Shown here in pieces: positions 20,001 to 27,939 of a stretch of 64,000 nt of DNA. Every line of letters starts with the position of its first letter. Position 1 is the stretch's first letter. The DNA comes from a virus. A program made the position numbers and the translations under genes. Below the pieces are notes generated by a model that had not been told where the DNA came from, searched no databases, and saw only the letters and a list, made by a program, of their open reading frames with translations. The stretch spans positions 1-64,000 of IMG/VR virus record IMGVR_UViG_3300043448_000837. One strand, 5' to 3'.

Positions 20001-20059
20001 TTAGTGAAATTCCGAAGCTCAAATTCGCTTGGACTAAAACTAGGATTTGCTTCTGTCAT
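17054..20059 (-). CDS. Large baseplate/tail structural protein
   Basis: 1001 aa, acidic and aromatic-rich; LDFLAQMLGW resembles P2 gpI-like LDxLAxxxG; GKLWWN/GELWWD fibre-like motifs. Confidence 0.6.
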   Translation of the reverse strand: MTEANPSFSPSEFELRNFTNKYLSPEQTTQVDLAKSRVNGQLDFLAQMLGWSGSNYWTNLPETVSQKRQLLGGTFGVYNNFVLPRVFSVRTWDNIEDFSSPNVAVVEIERDDRISAGQTAYLDTDSYTIQSLSETSGRMLLNFGEVDDTFFTKINSNVQLRIDVPSARPAPFLRPSIGVAGDNSFHCKEELSFSPVTTLFDGPTLFDVPPPTIGKLILFPSYDTGELFPYLFPILFAGSVYAFDKPVFLSYSSSLSVDIAPEYDETIERWVLRLPANLTPTSVGVTAFLSTDGYSLEVKIQSWVDPSDWGGSCSLENFRGAWGNKGGALPFNLAFDSLSIHGYDEEKSLYFPTLERSLEFNDLVDRVYAQRAEVDAGIPGDLPPGKLWWNSSTGKLAVQVKQEGDCPFWVEVTYREAPEQELIPDFVFPDVDSFLSGFGQVPENTTCIVIVDIQGLTDSANILGIEGGFPGPGSLYLYPQPGTQYWVPIRFLFQNEFDFSAASQGIPLNVPTYVYNSDGLSPSTSNYSINNLEFVVSGQYQTILCKEENNFDWTLFPDSILKFIADSSLYDGPLEGELWWDYADANVGARNAQILLESGWTPLNDNVALSSPPSTYDPSTIRFYCDGNLLEDGQSLVTANYNISYETTTVVGSYSFTYRAFNLQGKTQFPRIEISDSLTSSYRLDISSLVFSGVIYKMSPNVYDAETPLRLWKTQHLQSSDSESLIARGTYPNPLVADLNNGPALDNWQRFFVRLPLDYGRNGALWQKTALVCEDFSYFGSNIEPERMDCPPPASLPEIYEEVSLRGDRTDYTYVYSEPYFYSTVLYDDFSFVDASYTNASVRPIVDIDYDDFTEAQFVEYDPLHNRLVDFSKEGFGNWQGVYLNINACSFLSGYYVNDLLDGAVELIEAPVWDASIYKFPPTCDNPSKTYDVDANNYKIGYAYFVADASAAEDGFFDVQQEAAWRFAETQPQTLYITPDCPAEPSGPGEPITVTILPTPG

Positions 20060-21343
20060 TTAAGTTAGTTCCACACCGTAAAGTTCAAGAGACAGATATT
20101 CTTGGCTCATGCAGACGACCGGGTTCATCCACAAAACAGAATACCCTGAGAATTGTTCATAGAAGTCGATGAGTTCTTCATCGAAAGGCTTCGTCAACCA
20201 GTCCGCAACGGGCTTGTATTCGCGGTGAATGATTGGTCGAATATCCTGTATGTCTTGCAACAGATAGTCTGAGCCAACATCTATGAATGCAAGGTTGCAG
20301 TAGGTTACGGGAATTTCTTCCCCGTCAGTGTTTGTAACTGTGTTTGGAACAGCATTCTCAGGGTAGATTGAAAGCGCACAACGCGAAGAAGCTCCAGCTT
20401 TCTTCGTCATCTTGGTAACTACCCCCGAGACAGTGATCGTCTGAATTTTCATGTTCAGATCGGTGAAATCCACTCTCCACCCGGTTTGAAAACTAGGCGA
20501 AGGGATAAGAAACTCAAAGTATTGACTAGTGTCGTCCAGACTCACAGAAGCTGTGACAACTTCTTGTGGACCGCTGCTCAGAACATAGCTCAACGTTGCG
20601 CTTCCAGAAAAGCTCGAACCTGATGGGCACCGCAAAACAACCTTTGAAAACGCCGAAGGTAGGTCATCGCCACTAACCCACTCCAGGAAAGTGGAAGTGG
20701 GCTGAGTGGAAGACGGGAAGTAGCTGTCCTGGTTCGACCAAAAGGTGTCTGAGCTCAGGAAAGCGTTCAGAGCAGGGTATCTCCACCCGATAACCGAATC
20801 GGTGCTCGATGTGATCAGCAACTTGGTTCCAGTTAACAAATAGTCGTTAACTTGGTAAAGATGTTCAACTGGGCTGTCGTCGTAGCTAAGCTGATAAGCA
20901 ACAAGATAGCGACCGCTGTCGAAATCCAACTCTTTCAGATTGAGAATGGTTGGAGGGACTGCGATCGTCCCATACTTCCACACAACCTGACCCGACTTGA
21001 CAATCAAGTTTTCAAAAGTTGCAGAAGCAACCACCTCAAGGGAAGTAGGTCCGAAGATGCCCTCTCCCCACGGGATGAAAACATACCCTACATCTTGAAC
21101 TGTGTCAAGTTGAATAGCAGTGTTTGACGCAGGGATTATGTCAAAGAAGTTGACTTGGTAGGTCTCACTTACAGCGGGCAAGCGTCTGTAAATCGGCCTT
21201 CCCCCTGGAATCCACTCGGTTTCCCTGGTTCTCAGGTTCTTAACCTCGATTGACTGATCAGACAAGGTGCTAATAGTCCTACCTTGCGTGCTCGTCTGAA
21301 TGGTTTGAACCCCACCGTCAATGGGAATAAGCTGTTGACTCAT
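20060..21343 (-). CDS. Baseplate/tail structural protein
   Basis: Coupled to the baseplate J gene; beta-rich. Confidence 0.55.
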   Translation of the reverse strand: MSQQLIPIDGGVQTIQTSTQGRTISTLSDQSIEVKNLRTRETEWIPGGRPIYRRLPAVSETYQVNFFDIIPASNTAIQLDTVQDVGYVFIPWGEGIFGPTSLEVVASATFENLIVKSGQVVWKYGTIAVPPTILNLKELDFDSGRYLVAYQLSYDDSPVEHLYQVNDYLLTGTKLLITSSTDSVIGWRYPALNAFLSSDTFWSNQDSYFPSSTQPTSTFLEWVSGDDLPSAFSKVVLRCPSGSSFSGSATLSYVLSSGPQEVVTASVSLDDTSQYFEFLIPSPSFQTGWRVDFTDLNMKIQTITVSGVVTKMTKKAGASSRCALSIYPENAVPNTVTNTDGEEIPVTYCNLAFIDVGSDYLLQDIQDIRPIIHREYKPVADWLTKPFDEELIDFYEQFSGYSVLWMNPVVCMSQEYLSLELYGVELT

Positions 21344-24300
21344 AGCCCCATAGTCCCGTTTCTATAGTTCGGCGGCGAATAGGGGTAGGTTGTTCCAGTG
21401 AACCAGGAAAGCTGCGGAACTTCCGTCGAAGTGGAAGCATTCTCCCAAACGTATAAGTAGGGAGCCGAAGCGTTACTGAACCTGCCACCATTCTTAGGAA
21501 TCAGCGTAATGCTTGCGATGCCAAGTTTGATCGCCGAGATATCCCGACCAAACTGAGATTTGATCTGCTCGTCGCAAGTGTAAGCATTCACGTACCGAAG
21601 AAGGTTACCTTCGTACTCTTCGATTCTGGTTGTGTTGACGACAGTAGTGTTCGTCCAATCGGTAACGGTTGGCACTGGCGAGAAAGCTCGCATGACTCGA
21701 TACAAGTTTCGACCATCTTCCGAAACAATCGTATCCTCGGAGTAGAGCGAGTAGTCCGGGTTGAAATAGGGAATGTACGGTAGAGTTAGGAGGGCGCTGT
21801 CAGCGACATCAGCCGAGGGCACAAACACTTGGTTCTCAAAGTAGACTGAAAAGTCAAACAGCGGTGTTACGTTCGTTGTCGCAGTGTAGGAAAAAATCTC
21901 ACTACCTTGTCTGAAGAATGTGGTGTCGCCCTTAAAGAACCGGAACATTCTCTGCGGAGTTTTAACCGTGCCGTTGTTAATAGACTCAGCAAGTGAAACT
22001 ACCTGAGAAGGCGTGTAAGCCAGCGGTAAAACAAGGTTCTCATCCAGCAAATCGTTGATCAGAGTGCTGTCCGGCGTGAAGTACTGAGTTGCCACAAAAT
22101 ACTGCGGTGCTGACACACTCGATTCTTTGTACTCCAGGTAGGTTCCCACCGGGAAACGGGGTTTGTACTTGTACACTGGCAAACCGAGGTCAGCATTTTG
22201 AACCACGATTTCTTGGATGATGCCGAACTCAACAAGTGTGTCGAAGTATTCTTTGACCGCTAAGTCGTTTGGCTCGTACACAAATCCCTGCAAAACGTAG
22301 GCAAATTTGTTCACGCCACCCTTCAAAGGGTCCACGTAGTTGTAATAAGGGTCTGCCACCGCATTCGGTCCGGATCCGATTTGAGGGGTGGTAACCCACG
22401 TTCCAGACAAATACGAGTTTCCGGGAACCAGCGAGTTGGGGACCACCGAACTTCCTAAAAGACCTGCGGAAAGTGCGCTTGTTGTGTTATTTGAGGGAGC
22501 CTGAAGGGTGAAGTTCTGATCAACAACCCAAACCAAACTTCCGATTCTTGGAACGGTAACTGCTGTAACAGGGATGCTGAAACCAGCGCCAACTCCACTG
22601 TTGCCAAGGTTTGAATCAGCTGCTGTTAAAATCGACCCTGGCGTATAACCGTCACCGGGAGAGACAAGCGCCACTGCTGTTACAACGCCGCCGGAAACCG
22701 TGATGTTTGCTGTTGCTCCTACGCCGAATCCGGTAGTGTTTACCAAGGGAACATTCGTATAATTTCCGTTTGTATACCCTAAACCGGGAGTAATTGTCCC
22801 TAAGGCGGAGATGGGGCCGATCAAGAGTTCTTGGGGCGTTTCGGGAACGAATTGACCGTCACCCGGAACATAGTCGTACTCTACTATGTCCGGGTTGTAA
22901 GAACCGCCCAAATTGCTTACGTAGCTGTTCCCAACCACCCACGGTGAGTAGGTTTTCTCTCCGGATATTTTGCCTCCAACCGCAACGAGAAGGGGAATCT
23001 CTGCTAAAGAGCCGATGTTGATGTTGTCAAGGATCACATGGAGTTTTCCGTCGCCACCGCTCGCTGGACTCCAGTAAACAACGTCACCTTGGTTGTAACT
23101 TCCCGCTTGCAGAAGTTGAATTTGCCTCATGACCAGATTTCCGTAAATCGTCTGATCTTTCTTTTCGGCAGAGTACGGAGTGAAAGAGGTAAGGACGGGA
23201 TAATAAGACGTTGTCGGAATCGTCTCCAGAACCAAATCGTTTTGATTCAGAAGTTGCTCAGATGGGTCAAAAGAGTAGACCTGCGTGTAAAGCGCAGCGG
23301 AAGGTCCGAGTTGTGGCGGAGTGTTGTATGCCTTCGCGGCCACAATTCGGGGGTTAACGTACCGAGTGTCCGCGTCAAACGTTGCGTAGAAAGCGGAATC
23401 AACGTCGCTTACGCTCGGATCGGTAGAGGAAGGAAAAACGTTTCCAGGCTGAAGCAACTGGAAAAGCCTGTCCCGAAAGTTCAACGAGGAGTTCCGTAGA
23501 TTCACTCCGAAAGAACTGTTGGCGTCCACTTCCAGGGTAATGTCGTATTGAACCTGGCTAAGTGTTAGAGGATACAGGTGCCCCGTTGTTCCGATCGGAA
23601 CAGAGAAGTTCACCACATTCTGACCCCTGCTGAGTTGTTCCTCAGTCAGTTCAACACCGCCAGGACCAAGAACGAAGAATGATACTTGACCGCTTGGCAG
23701 AATGTAGTCGGTTAAATAATTGTACGAGAATTCGGACCCTCTGTTGGGTTGCACCGATGTTTGAGTCCCTACTCCGTAAAAGTCGATGAAGAAGTCCTGC
23801 CAATCTTGCGCGCTTACAGGGTTCTTTCGACGAATTAACGTGAAGAAACGTTCCTGAACTTCCTGGTAAGTTTCAACGTCCGATCCGCCGGTTGCGGGCT
23901 CGGGATTTATTGCACTCAAACCAGCGACGTTTATCGCTGAAGAGCCGACGATCGAGTTCGCAGGTACGTTGTAAAGTGACCCGACAAACTCTGAGAATAC
24001 CGGCACGTAAATAACCGTCTCTCCTGGCGAGAAAGTGTAATTCTCAGCAGTCAAGAAAGAATAAACTTGGCCGCCGGTGATGTTCGGGTCAGTTGTGAAC
24101 GAAGAGCCGGAGGGAATTGTGACAGGGCTGTTTGAAGGCGGTATTGTAAGTACGAGCCGAGCGAGAGACGCAGTCCCAAGGCGTCTCATCGCACCCAGGA
24201 AAGGACCAATCCACTCAAGCAGAATCTTTTCTGGCAGCTGGTTCGCCCAAAAGAGAAACTCACCCTGCGCGAAAACCTGCCCTTCCAGCAAAGCAGCCAA

Positions 24301-24432
24301 AGGGTTTCCAGAGCTGAAGTCGTTTAACGTTTGGTTAGAGGCTTGATATACTCTTTGTGAAGCAGCTTGAACAAGCTCTGCTTCATTTCGAGGGTCAATC
24401 GAAACTGACGGTAATGGTGCGTATCTAGGCAT
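21340..24432 (-). CDS. Baseplate wedge J-like protein with a long C-terminal extension
   Basis: IDPRNEAELV, LNDFSSGNP, GSLYNVPANSI, NPEPATGGSDVET, PVSAQDW. Confidence 0.85.
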   Translation of the reverse strand: MPRYAPLPSVSIDPRNEAELVQAASQRVYQASNQTLNDFSSGNPLAALLEGQVFAQGEFLFWANQLPEKILLEWIGPFLGAMRRLGTASLARLVLTIPPSNSPVTIPSGSSFTTDPNITGGQVYSFLTAENYTFSPGETVIYVPVFSEFVGSLYNVPANSIVGSSAINVAGLSAINPEPATGGSDVETYQEVQERFFTLIRRKNPVSAQDWQDFFIDFYGVGTQTSVQPNRGSEFSYNYLTDYILPSGQVSFFVLGPGGVELTEEQLSRGQNVVNFSVPIGTTGHLYPLTLSQVQYDITLEVDANSSFGVNLRNSSLNFRDRLFQLLQPGNVFPSSTDPSVSDVDSAFYATFDADTRYVNPRIVAAKAYNTPPQLGPSAALYTQVYSFDPSEQLLNQNDLVLETIPTTSYYPVLTSFTPYSAEKKDQTIYGNLVMRQIQLLQAGSYNQGDVVYWSPASGGDGKLHVILDNINIGSLAEIPLLVAVGGKISGEKTYSPWVVGNSYVSNLGGSYNPDIVEYDYVPGDGQFVPETPQELLIGPISALGTITPGLGYTNGNYTNVPLVNTTGFGVGATANITVSGGVVTAVALVSPGDGYTPGSILTAADSNLGNSGVGAGFSIPVTAVTVPRIGSLVWVVDQNFTLQAPSNNTTSALSAGLLGSSVVPNSLVPGNSYLSGTWVTTPQIGSGPNAVADPYYNYVDPLKGGVNKFAYVLQGFVYEPNDLAVKEYFDTLVEFGIIQEIVVQNADLGLPVYKYKPRFPVGTYLEYKESSVSAPQYFVATQYFTPDSTLINDLLDENLVLPLAYTPSQVVSLAESINNGTVKTPQRMFRFFKGDTTFFRQGSEIFSYTATTNVTPLFDFSVYFENQVFVPSADVADSALLTLPYIPYFNPDYSLYSEDTIVSEDGRNLYRVMRAFSPVPTVTDWTNTTVVNTTRIEEYEGNLLRYVNAYTCDEQIKSQFGRDISAIKLGIASITLIPKNGGRFSNASAPYLYVWENASTSTEVPQLSWFTGTTYPYSPPNYRNGTMGL

Positions 24433-24441
24433 TTATCAGCC

Positions 24442-25008
24442 TCAGCAGGGTTCGCAAATCGTTGTGCTGGCGTTAGGTGCCGGTGCAGAGTAGTTATTGC
24501 AGGGGCAAGGATCTCCTGCCGAGTTCTCAAGGTAGTAGAAGCCATTGTCAATCACCAGAGTGTCCAACAAGTACTCAATCTGCTCTTTAAGAACGAGTTT
24601 TGTGATCAAGTCTTCAAGTTGAAGAGCGTCGAACCTTTGTGGGATCGTGGAAGGGTTGATTCCAGCAGCGAAGTTATATTTGTCGTTGGTGGTATAACTT
24701 TTCGGTGCGTTCTCTTTCACATTCTCCGTCCCCCCCGGCGGCACCGCAAATCCGAAATTCCAGACACCCGTGACAACTTTTGTTCCAGAAATTGCTAGCC
24801 CGCTAACGTTGTCCCCTTCCAGGTTTGGTTGAGGGGTGCTCAAAGTAACGTATCTTGAGTCAAGCCCGTTCGGGCCAGCCGTGATGAACGAGTTTAGACC
24901 AAGTGGGGGGTAGTGCCAATCGAGATCTTGACCATCGAACGTAATTTGCTTAGCACCGTTAAGCCACTGGCTTGTAACGATTACACCACTAGAAAAAGTT
25001 GTCTTCAT
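24442..25008 (-). CDS. Putative tail fibre-associated protein
   Basis: KTTFSSGVIVTSQWLN resembles the tail-fibre N-terminal motif T-x-V-T-x-x-W-L-N; late motif at 25039. Confidence 0.5.
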   Translation of the reverse strand: MKTTFSSGVIVTSQWLNGAKQITFDGQDLDWHYPPLGLNSFITAGPNGLDSRYVTLSTPQPNLEGDNVSGLAISGTKVVTGVWNFGFAVPPGGTENVKENAPKSYTTNDKYNFAAGINPSTIPQRFDALQLEDLITKLVLKEQIEYLLDTLVIDNGFYYLENSAGDPCPCNNYSAPAPNASTTICEPC

Positions 25009-25049
25009 GAATCCCTACGGATTGCCTTCTTGAATTGGTTTTACCCTAC

Positions 25050-25076
25050 AAAAAATCCCCAGCCGAAGCCGGGGAT
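25050..25076 (-). terminator. Rho-independent terminator after the tail tube gene
   Basis: Minus strand ATCCCCGGC-TTCG-GCTGGGGAT followed by TTTTTT. Confidence 0.9.
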
Positions 25077-25097
25077 AAGTAACTCTGAACCCGAGGA

Positions 25098-25541
25098 TCA
25101 GGTGCGCTCCCAGTAGTTAACTGTGAACGAGCACTCGATCGTCTGAACGTTTCCGCTCTCACGGTCAACGTCAGCGGTTGTGACTGACTTGTATTGGCAA
25201 CCGTAAAGCACGTATTGGCCGCCTGCGGGAGCAGAACCAGCGCCGACGCAATCTTTAGGGGTCACGGTAACCGTGATTTCCTCACAGTTGTACGAAAGCC
25301 AGAATTGCTCGAGTTGTTTGAAGATGGTAGGGTCGTACGGGGCCTCTAACGTTACGTCGTCTGCGGTTCTCGGTCCAATGACGTGGTACAGTCTGTTTCC
25401 AGAACCGTTAGCGTACTTGCTGTCTTCGGCTGAATCCTTGACACCGCTGAACTTAGTGAACACCGCTGTGAAAGTGGGTCCACCAAGAGCTGTGAATGAA
25501 ACTTCGTACTGAGACTTGGTAATCGGTCTTAAAATAGCCAT
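25098..25541 (-). CDS. Tail tube protein
   Basis: FTKFSGV, GPRTADDVTLE, YVLYGC...DVDRESGNVQTIE (T4 gp19-like pattern). Confidence 0.8.
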   Translation of the reverse strand: MAILRPITKSQYEVSFTALGGPTFTAVFTKFSGVKDSAEDSKYANGSGNRLYHVIGPRTADDVTLEAPYDPTIFKQLEQFWLSYNCEEITVTVTPKDCVGAGSAPAGGQYVLYGCQYKSVTTADVDRESGNVQTIECSFTVNYWERT

Positions 25542-25569
25542 GATGACACCTCCTTATGTATTTCTTGGA

Positions 25570-26622
25570 TCAACCAAGAATGTTGGAGATCATCGCGCCA
25601 GAACCGATAAGACCAGTGGCACCAAGACCCACCAGGTTAACAACACGCTCAACAGTGATTTCAGCACGAACCACGCGACGCTCACGAATGTAGTACTCGG
25701 GGCGAACAGCAGGGGTGCCAGTCAGTTGATAGGTGTAAGCGAAAGCAGGGGTAGCAGCATTAGCGCCACCAGCAGGCATTACGCTGTCTGAAGGACCATT
25801 GGGGCTGTAGAACAGCAGGATTCCGTTTGAAGGGAACACAGGCTGCAGGGTGCCATCGGTGGCAAGATAACGGCCCTCAGCAACGCGCAGACCACGCTCA
25901 AGACCGAAGTAACGAGCAAGCAGGTCTGTGTCGATTGAATCGGCAGTGGTGTACTTGATGCGCTCAAGGATAGCCTGGTTGGTCAGCAGTTGATCAAACA
26001 CGGCAGTTCCCAGAACCATCGAGTTCGGACGGATACCGATTTGGTTGGCAACCGAACGCTTCAGGGTCAGGATGTCCTCGATCGGGTTGGAAGTCAGTGA
26101 AGACCAAGCCGAAGGACCAGCGGCAGAACCGTAGGCGGTCTGGAAGTTAGCCCAGGTGGTGAAACCAAGACCGGTCTGAGTACCAGCACCAGCGGTAGGC
26201 TCGTAAGGGTTGTAACCAGCGGTTACGGTCACGGCCTGGCTTACAGTGTACTCGTAAGCATTCATCAGGCGAGACATGGCGTTGCGAGTTTCGATCGCAC
26301 GCAGGTCAACCTGAGCAGGACCTTCACCAGCGTTCTCGATGACTTCTTCGGGCAGTTCCCAAGCCACGACTTCTTGCTCAAGCGCATAAGGCTCGGCATC
26401 GTAACGGCTTTGAACGAACGGAATGTTGGTTCCGTAAGCACGACGGAAGTCGTTGATGGCGAATTGCTCTTTGCCGAAGCGCAGAATGCGGCCAGCACGA
26501 GTCGGGGTGTCAACAACGGGGGCAATAAAGTTGGCGATATTAGTCGCCGGAAGCATGAAACCTTGTGCGAGCGTAGTCAAAATTGGATCTACGCCAGCAT
26601 AGGTTTGCTGGAGGTTCATCAT
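25570..26622 (-). CDS. Major capsid protein (HK97 fold)
   Basis: VDPILTTLAQGF, IGIRPNSMVLG; position after the scaffold and decoration genes; GGAG SD. Confidence 0.9.
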   Translation of the reverse strand: MMNLQQTYAGVDPILTTLAQGFMLPATNIANFIAPVVDTPTRAGRILRFGKEQFAINDFRRAYGTNIPFVQSRYDAEPYALEQEVVAWELPEEVIENAGEGPAQVDLRAIETRNAMSRLMNAYEYTVSQAVTVTAGYNPYEPTAGAGTQTGLGFTTWANFQTAYGSAAGPSAWSSLTSNPIEDILTLKRSVANQIGIRPNSMVLGTAVFDQLLTNQAILERIKYTTADSIDTDLLARYFGLERGLRVAEGRYLATDGTLQPVFPSNGILLFYSPNGPSDSVMPAGGANAATPAFAYTYQLTGTPAVRPEYYIRERRVVRAEITVERVVNLVGLGATGLIGSGAMISNILG

Positions 26623-26715
26623 GGGAGGGAGGCTCCGAGATAGTTAAACGACTTCAAATGGTTGAAAACCACAGTTGGGACTTACACCCGAAGGATGCCC
26701 AACTGAAGTTAATTA

Positions 26716-27195
26716 TCAGGCGAAGCTGACAAGGGCGAACTTACGACCGCCGATTCCGATTTGCTCGCGAATCAGAGGAGTGGTACCGTCCAGGGTGACG
26801 GGGGTGCCGTCGCCAACGCCAACGGCTTGGCCGAGGGAGTTGATTTCGAGCTGAGTGTTCAGAGTCAGATCGGTCAGAACAGCAGCTGGAGCAACTTCAA
26901 CCAGCAGAAGACCGGAGGTAGCAACGGTCAGCTGACGAGCGGTGTAAGGTTGAGCCAGAGCGGTAGGCATGTAAGCCTGGTTGATACCAACGATGGTGAC
27001 TACGCTACCGGGGGTAGTGAAAGCATCGGGGGCAGCAGCGAAGTTGGGGCCAGCCCAGGTAGCATAAGAAACGGCGCGGAATTCGCCGATTTCCACTACA
27101 CCGGGATCGCCGGCTTCGTTGTCAGCAGGAGCTTCGAAAGTTTCTGCGTAACGGATGTACTGACGGCCGTATACGGGACCTGCGTTTGTAGCCAT
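26716..27195 (-). CDS. Head decoration/cement protein
   Basis: Small Ala/Gly/Val-rich protein directly upstream of the MCP; SD before MATNAG. Confidence 0.7.
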   Translation of the reverse strand: MATNAGPVYGRQYIRYAETFEAPADNEAGDPGVVEIGEFRAVSYATWAGPNFAAAPDAFTTPGSVVTIVGINQAYMPTALAQPYTARQLTVATSGLLLVEVAPAAVLTDLTLNTQLEINSLGQAVGVGDGTPVTLDGTTPLIREQIGIGGRKFALVSFA

Positions 27196-27277
27196 GGAAT
27201 TCTCCAAAGTATGAGGACTTCAATTTGTTTACTCTGGGACTTGTTTTTACACCCAGTTAAACTGAATGGTTTTACCC

Positions 27278-27931
27278 TTATCGGTATTCAATACTACACC
27301 GGCAGCGGTCGTAGCACTGACATTCTTTACCTGGCATGGGGAGGGTGCCCAGAGGTTGCCAACCAAGTCGACCAAACATTACACAATCGGGACAAGTTCT
27401 TGAGTCGAGTTTCGGAACTCGTCTCATCTCCCGGTATCCCTGATCTTGTCGAACATAGTATTGACCAAGGTTGAAGAAAGAGTAGGAAGGGTTTGCCAAG
27501 TAGCGAATAACGCGAACTAACAACCCAGGCCAACTCTTAACTTCACTAAAATCTTGTGTTTTGTCGCCCAACAGAATACCTCCGTTGTCGAGTGCGTCTT
27601 TTGTTTCAACCAAAAATTCATGCAAAGGCGGTAACATTTCGCCAACGATGGTTGCCCACGCCCGCTCCATTTTACCGCGAGGGTTGATATCTTCGGCGCC
27701 GAGGTTGACAGCGGCAAGCGCAGAGATGAGAGTTTTGTCAAGAAGAGACCTTTCGTACTCCTCCCATCTCATTTGCTTATCTCGAAGACCTTTCACCAAA
27801 ACTTTCGACTCCTCCGTCATGCGCTCTTCAAGCTCAGCTTGAGAGTTCACTTTCTTTCGTAGAGCCTCGGCCTGGGTGAAATAATCTCCCCTCCGTTTCG
27901 TGGCCATGCCAATCAGAGAGAGGAGATCCAT
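27278..27931 (-). CDS. MuF-like head morphogenesis protein
   Basis: C-terminal DSRTCPDC...PMPG.ECQCYDRCRC. Confidence 0.75.
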   Translation of the reverse strand: MDLLSLIGMATKRRGDYFTQAEALRKKVNSQAELEERMTEESKVLVKGLRDKQMRWEEYERSLLDKTLISALAAVNLGAEDINPRGKMERAWATIVGEMLPPLHEFLVETKDALDNGGILLGDKTQDFSEVKSWPGLLVRVIRYLANPSYSFFNLGQYYVRQDQGYREMRRVPKLDSRTCPDCVMFGRLGWQPLGTLPMPGKECQCYDRCRCSIEYR

Positions 27932-27939
27932 TTCAAACC

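Noticed and set aside
17054-20059. Tape measure protein
   Set aside because: Composition is Pro/aromatic/acidic and beta-like, not Ala/Gly-rich helical
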